Shown here piece after piece: positions 59,010 through 64,000 of a stretch of DNA of 64,000 bases (positions within the stretch are counted from its first letter, which is position 1; each line of letters begins with the position of its first letter). Source of the stretch: Actinomycetes bacterium (GTDB lineage: Bacteria; Actinomycetota; Thermoleophilia; RBG-16-64-13). Position numbers and translations under genes: made by a program. The notes below the pieces were generated by a model. It was not told the origin of the DNA. It was given only the letters and a program-made list of their open reading frames with translations, and ran no database searches. Location: NCBI GenBank assembly GCA_024637095.1, contig JAGXFV010000032.1:4423-68422 (forward strand), in the 5' to 3' direction.

Positions 59010-61289
59010 CTACATGTGGCAGATATGGCAGTCGGTGAGGAAGCGTCCTTCCGGAGGGTCCTCTCCCCACAGCGTGGTTTCCTCGAGGGCGTCCTCCGGG
59101 GGATCCTCGTAGAGAGCGTAGTCGGCCGTCTTGTGACACGCCAGACAGAAACCCATATTGAGATCTTTGGCCGGCGAGCGCACGGTGGTCAGTTTGCCCA
59201 CATCGCCGTGGCAGCGCTCGCACTGGACTTCGGCAACCACCACGTGCGCGCGGTGGTTGAACACCACGAAATCGGGCTGGTTGTAGACTCTCTTCCAGGA
59301 TACCTGGGTGCCGTTGTTGTAGGCATCGAGCACGGCCTGGGTAGCTTCGGTCTGAGTGGAGATCCACTGATGACAGCCCGCGCAGAGCTCGAGGGGCGGC
59401 AGGTCGGCTGCCGGCCCGCGCCGCGCCGAGGCGTGGCAGAAGAGGCAATCCACTCCGCGATCCACGTGCGCCTTGTGGGTGAAGGGCAACTCCTCCGAGC
59501 CCTCGGCCGTCCGCGCACCGCCGGCGCCCGCCCCCCCTGTCGGCTCGGTAGGCTCCGACCCCGGCGCGGTGGTTTCGGTCACGCCTGCCTCCGTAGTCTG
59601 GGTCCCGCCGTCTGTGGGTTCTGTGGCCGGCCCACCCGGCTGCCAAGAGCGCAGCAACTCGACGAACGAAGCGATTTCCTCTCCCGACAGGGTTCCGCCG
59701 AAGGGAGGCATAGGTGTGCCCGACCGGCCCTGCTCGATCAACTGCTGCAGATCCCCGTCCGAGGCCTGCTGCACGAACTGGTTTTCCTGGAGCGCAGGGC
59801 CGATGCCCCCGCCCGCCCCCTCGGCGCCGTGGCAACTAGAGCAGTTCTGTTCGAAGAGGTTCCCCGCCGCCTCGAGGTTGGCGGTGCCGGCCTGAGCCAG
59901 CATGATCCTGGGGCTCTCATTCCGGTTGACCGCCCGCCGGGGCAGATTATTGGGCACCCCGCGCACCCGCGTATTCGCCACTAGGCTCCACTCGACTACG
60001 GCCAACCGGCGGTCTCCACCTGAGGGAGCAGCCCGCTCGCCGTCCAGGGTAGAGGTCCCGCTCTGCCAGCTATCGAGCAGGGCGATCACCGCCGTGATCT
60101 GCTGATCCGTCAGCCGACCGGCGAACGGCGGCATGGGTGTCCCGGCCCTGCCCTGCTCGATCAACTGCCGCAGCACGTCTTCCGTTGCCTGCTGCACCCA
60201 TTGATTCTCCTTCAGGGCGGGTCCGATGCCTCCCCCTGCGCCCTCCTCCCCGTGGCAGGTGGCGCAGTTCTGCGTGAAGACCTCCTGACCGGTTGCGATC
60301 AGGTCTCCTCCGAGTTCGGTGGTGGTCGTCGCCGAGGGCGCCGCCGTGGTCGTGGTCTGCCCGGACGGCGCCGTGGTGGTCGTGCTTCCCGGGGCGCCGG
60401 GTGTATCGACCCCCGATTCCAGCAGGCGGCGGCGGGTCTCCTCGATGGCGACGGGACCTTCGCGTTGGAGCAGCTTGAGGAACTCGGCCATGCCGGCCGC
60501 TTCCTCTTGGCTCAAGTAGCCGGAGAATGAGGGCATGCCCTGGCTGGTCCGGCCCGCGATGATGATCCCGGCGATGTCCTCGACCGCGGCATCGGTGATG
60601 AAAGCCGAGGGATAGAGCGCCGGCCCCAAGGCTCCTCGCCCGGAGGGGCCGTGGCAGGTAGCGCACTGCAGGTTGTAGAGCAGAGCCGCCCGCTGAGTGG
60701 GACTTCCCTCGGCCTCAGGCGGCGGGCCGGTGGTCACGCTGCGCAGGTAATTGACCACATGCCAGCGCCCTTCCCTCTCGAGGTTCCAATCCAGGGCGGG
60801 CATCCGCCCGAACCCTTCTCCGATAACGGTGTAGATCTGACCATCGGGCAGATCCACCACCCGCTCACCCAGATCGGGAGGGGAAGGCTGGAAGAGTTCG
60901 CCCACGGGTCCGGGCGCGCCGGCTCCGGGTTCGCCGTGACAAAGCATGCAGTAGATGCCGTAAGCATTCTCGCCGCGCGCCAGGGACTCCACCGTGTACG
61001 AAACCGGGTTAACCGGAAGCCCGAGAGCTTCGGCGGCCACCGGTCCCTGAAAGGGTATGGCTTCGGCGGGCGACACCAACCGGGGCGGTTCGACGTAGCC
61101 CAGGCTTGGCTGCTCCGCCAGTTCGTTCGGCAGGGGGATCAGGCAACCGGTGAAGATCTGCGCGATCATGAAGACCAGCAGACCGACCACGAGCACCGCG
61201 CCGATCAGCTTGCCCCAACCCGTCCACGCAGGGGGTTCGGGGCGGCGGCGGACGGCCTGTTCCCGGGACGGATCCGACGCGGGGCTCAC
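59010..61289 (-). CDS. Nonaheme c-type cytochrome: four class-I monoheme domains fused to a C-terminal ActA-like pentaheme domain
   Basis: N-terminal TM helix. Monoheme sites CMLCHG, CATCHG, CATCHG, CSSCHG. Pentaheme sites CLFCH, CAGCH, CERCH, CLACH, CHICH, with FTHKAHV / FNHRAHV motifs. Confidence 0.7.
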   Translation of the reverse strand: MSPASDPSREQAVRRRPEPPAWTGWGKLIGAVLVVGLLVFMIAQIFTGCLIPLPNELAEQPSLGYVEPPRLVSPAEAIPFQGPVAAEALGLPVNPVSYTVESLARGENAYGIYCMLCHGEPGAGAPGPVGELFQPSPPDLGERVVDLPDGQIYTVIGEGFGRMPALDWNLEREGRWHVVNYLRSVTTGPPPEAEGSPTQRAALLYNLQCATCHGPSGRGALGPALYPSAFITDAAVEDIAGIIIAGRTSQGMPSFSGYLSQEEAAGMAEFLKLLQREGPVAIEETRRRLLESGVDTPGAPGSTTTTAPSGQTTTTAAPSATTTTELGGDLIATGQEVFTQNCATCHGEEGAGGGIGPALKENQWVQQATEDVLRQLIEQGRAGTPMPPFAGRLTDQQITAVIALLDSWQSGTSTLDGERAAPSGGDRRLAVVEWSLVANTRVRGVPNNLPRRAVNRNESPRIMLAQAGTANLEAAGNLFEQNCSSCHGAEGAGGGIGPALQENQFVQQASDGDLQQLIEQGRSGTPMPPFGGTLSGEEIASFVELLRSWQPGGPATEPTDGGTQTTEAGVTETTAPGSEPTEPTGGAGAGGARTAEGSEELPFTHKAHVDRGVDCLFCHASARRGPAADLPPLELCAGCHQWISTQTEATQAVLDAYNNGTQVSWKRVYNQPDFVVFNHRAHVVVAEVQCERCHGDVGKLTTVRSPAKDLNMGFCLACHKTADYALYEDPPEDALEETTLWGEDPPEGRFLTDCHICHM

Positions 61290-61849
61290 GAAGGCTCCCG
61301 TTCGATCACCAGGGCTTCTCCCTCAAGGCGCTCGGCCTCGAAGTCCTCGATCGGCAGAATGCGTGCTCCTTCCTCGCTCAGCGCCGCGCGAATACGGCCC
61401 TCGACCATGTCGGGAGGCACCTGCACGATCAGCACGTGTCCGTCGATGTCGGCCGGAATCACCCAGTCTCGCAGGGGATCCTTGCGGATGCGGTTCTCGT
61501 AGACAAAGCCGACAAAGGTCATGATGACGAGTCCCAGGATCGTCAGCTCGTACACGATGACAAAAACCGGCGGCGAAATGACCGCCTGGCTGCCCACGAT
61601 CAGCGGATAGAGTAGCAGCGTGCCCACCGAAAGGAAGAGACCGAGCGCCAGCCCGCCCACCAGCCCAAGCGAGGTGAAGAGCGGCAGACGGGTGTCGGAG
61701 GTCTCGCCCCCCATGAGCGAAGGCGGGTAAGGAATGTCGGTGAGCAGTTCGATCCGCTTTCGCGAAACCCCCATTCGAGACAGACGGCGCATGGCCCGGG
61801 CGATGCCCTCTGGGCCTTCGATCACCGCAAAGATGACTTCCCCGCTCAC
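61286..61849 (-). CDS. ActD-like (DUF3341) membrane subunit of an Alternative-Complex-III-type quinol oxidoreductase
   Basis: GTG start overlapping the upstream stop (GTGA). VSGEVIFAVIEGPEG...YPLIVGSQAVISPPVFVIVYELTILGLVIM fits the DUF3341 pattern. Confidence 0.5.
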   Translation of the reverse strand: MSGEVIFAVIEGPEGIARAMRRLSRMGVSRKRIELLTDIPYPPSLMGGETSDTRLPLFTSLGLVGGLALGLFLSVGTLLLYPLIVGSQAVISPPVFVIVYELTILGLVIMTFVGFVYENRIRKDPLRDWVIPADIDGHVLIVQVPPDMVEGRIRAALSEEGARILPIEDFEAERLEGEALVIEREPS

Positions 61850-63448
61850 GCGGGCACCTCTTCTGGGCGATTCTCGGACGGGGGCGGAGATGCGCCCCGC
61901 GGCTCCTGCGCCGGCTCGGTTTCTCCTTCGACAATCCCCTGGGTGCGCCACTTGTCCAGCCGCCAGCCCTCCTTGACCTCCCACAGGGAGACGAAGGGCA
62001 GCGCCTTGGAAAGGGCCACGTAGAGGAAGGCGAACATGGCGAAGGTCGCCGCGGCGATGATTATCTCGGGCAGCGCCGGGGTGTAGTCGCCCCAGTCGAA
62101 CGGCAAATGGTTACGCACGTTGGAGCCCACCACGATCAGGAAGCGTTCGATCCACATCCCCATGTTGATCAGAATCGTGATCACCAGCATCGCAGGAAGC
62201 GAACGACGTACCCGCTTGAACCACAGCGTGAAGAAGGGCAGCAGCACGTTCACAACCACCATGAACCACCAAAGCGGCGCCATGGCCCCGAAGATGTGCA
62301 GATGCTCGAGCTCCCGGTCTACCGGATTGCCTCCGTACCAGTTGGTCAGCGTCTGGGCAAAGAACATGTAGAACCAGATGACCGACACGGCCAGGAGGAT
62401 CAGGCCCAGCCGGTCGAAGTGGAATTTGGTGATGTAGTCCTGCAGGCCGAGCCCGCGCCGGACGAAGATGAGCACCGTGATCAGCGCCGCGACGCCGGAG
62501 TAGATGGCTCCGATCACGAAATAGGGAGCGAAGATGGTGCTGTGCCAGCCCTCGTTGGTGGTCATGGCGAAATCCCACGACACGATCGAGTGCACCGAGA
62601 CCGCCACCGGGATGATCACGATGGTGTAGACCTTCATCGCCAGATGCAGCCGGTGCCACTGCTGCTGCGATCCCCGCCAACCCAGCGCCAGCACACCGTA
62701 GATACGCCGCCGGATGCCGGTGGTGCGGTCCCGCGCCGTGGCCATGTCCGGAATCATCGGCATGAAGAGGAAGAGGGCGCTCGAGGTCATGTAGGTCAGG
62801 ATGGCCACCAGGTCCCAAACCAGGGCCGAGTGGAAGTTGGGCCAGAGCTCGCGGACGTTAGGGTAGGGGATCATGAAGTAGAACTTCCAAACGCGGCCCA
62901 GATGAATAAGAGGGAAAAGGGCGCCCACCATCAGGCTGAAGAGGGTCATGGCCTCGGCTCCGCGGGTCAACGGGCGCCGCCACTCTACGTTCAAGACGCG
63001 CAGGATGGCCGAGATCAGCGTGCCCGAGTGGCTCACCCCGATCCAGAACACGAAGCTCGTGATGTAGAAGCCCCAGAAGACGGGACGGTTGATGCCCGCG
63101 ACGCCGATGCCGGCGAAGATCTGGTAGAGCCAGGCGCCGAACAGCGAAGCCGCCCCCATGCCCAGCACGGCGGCCAGCAGCAGATACCCCGCACCGACTC
63201 GGGTCATCGAGCGAAGTACGATCCCGTCGAGCGCCGCGTCCATCCGAGCCAGCTCTTCCTCGGTGGGGGGCACGTCCTCGATGGTTCCGTCGGCGACGGC
63301 GTCCTGAAGCGTTGAGTAAGCGCCCGGTTCGTGGCGTTCGTCCTGATGCTCGTAGGCGAGCTGCCGTTCGGCCTCGGGGACCGCCTCTTGCCCTAGGCCG
63401 CGAGTGGGACCGCCTGAGTAGCGGGGAAGCCTTGCCCAGTTTGGGAGC

Positions 63449-63468
<20 letters not shown>
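61846..63468 (-). CDS. NrfD/PsrC-family polytopic membrane quinol-interacting subunit (ActC-like)
   Basis: 540 aa with about ten TM helices and a family-typical loop pattern. Exact start uncertain (20-bp overlap with the upstream gene). Confidence 0.8.

Positions 63469-64000
<532 letters not shown>

Noticed and set aside
56761-59835. 1024-aa ORF reported as a single protein
   Set aside because: Only the region from the ATG-ATG at about 58989 is the molybdopterin enzyme, starting with its Tat signal. The upstream 280 codons overlap the 3' end of the cytochrome gene in another frame and are Arg/Gly junk.
61801-61860. Apparent 1-nt mismatch between my hand indexing and the ORF-track coordinates for the ActC stop and ActD start
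   Set aside because: This was a counting slip on my side. The track frames give a consistent TGA/GTG overlap, and I used the track coordinates. It is not a frameshift.

Overview
The window is high-GC (~68%) bacterial chromosome with almost all genes on the minus strand. In order: a TRAP transporter (dctPQM) with an FrhB-like Fe-S flavoprotein; purine genes (purB, purE, purD, purA); an FAD oxidoreductase; pabC-pabB; and the conserved block rpsF-ssb-rpsR-DUF2232-rplI-dnaB. dnaB carries a 143-aa mini-intein. Next comes a poorly characterised cluster (fdhD, ASKHA/DUF1786-like ATPase, hexapeptide acyltransferase, DUF4388 protein, CooC-like Ni-ATPase, TIGR00300/LOR-SDH protein). Then CcdA plus a TlpA/CcmG-like thiol-disulfide oxidoreductase next to a FetA-F/Cj1660-65-type ABC module (DUF2318-like protein, two FtsX permeases, ATPase); blaI-blaR1; and a complete System-I cytochrome c maturation locus (ccmABCD, ccmH-like, ccmF, two Cys-type ccmE paralogs). 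After lgt, a TPR protein and a TrxR-thioredoxin-fold fusion comes a membrane-bound group-1 [NiFe] hydrogenase operon (small, large, cytochrome b) followed by trxA, copZ/csoR, an IdeR/DtxR repressor, a DUF3343 Se/S-carrier-like gene and a UPF0182 protein. The last 7 kb encode an Alternative-Complex-III-like module (4-cluster Fe-S protein, NrfD/ActC, ActD/DUF3341, a 9-heme cytochrome c) ending in a Tat-exported molybdopterin oxidoreductase. The strongest hunt result is three in-frame TGA codons placed exactly at catalytic Cys positions, each followed by a hairpin, which predicts three selenoproteins. One is a [NiFeSe] hydrogenase large subunit with DPUxxCxxH. One is a TlpA/CcmG-like oxidoreductase with WASW-U-PTC. 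One is a small ArsD-like thioredoxin-fold protein with C-x4-U that does not match any selenoprotein family I can name. Other findings are the DnaB mini-intein, the ACIII-like module with an apparently genuine Mo-bisPGD subunit, a candidate IdeR iron box in front of the DUF3343 operon, and a 23-bp direct repeat upstream of the hydrogenase operon. All calls come from reading the sequence and ORF translations by eye. No searches were run, so family assignments rest on remembered motifs.
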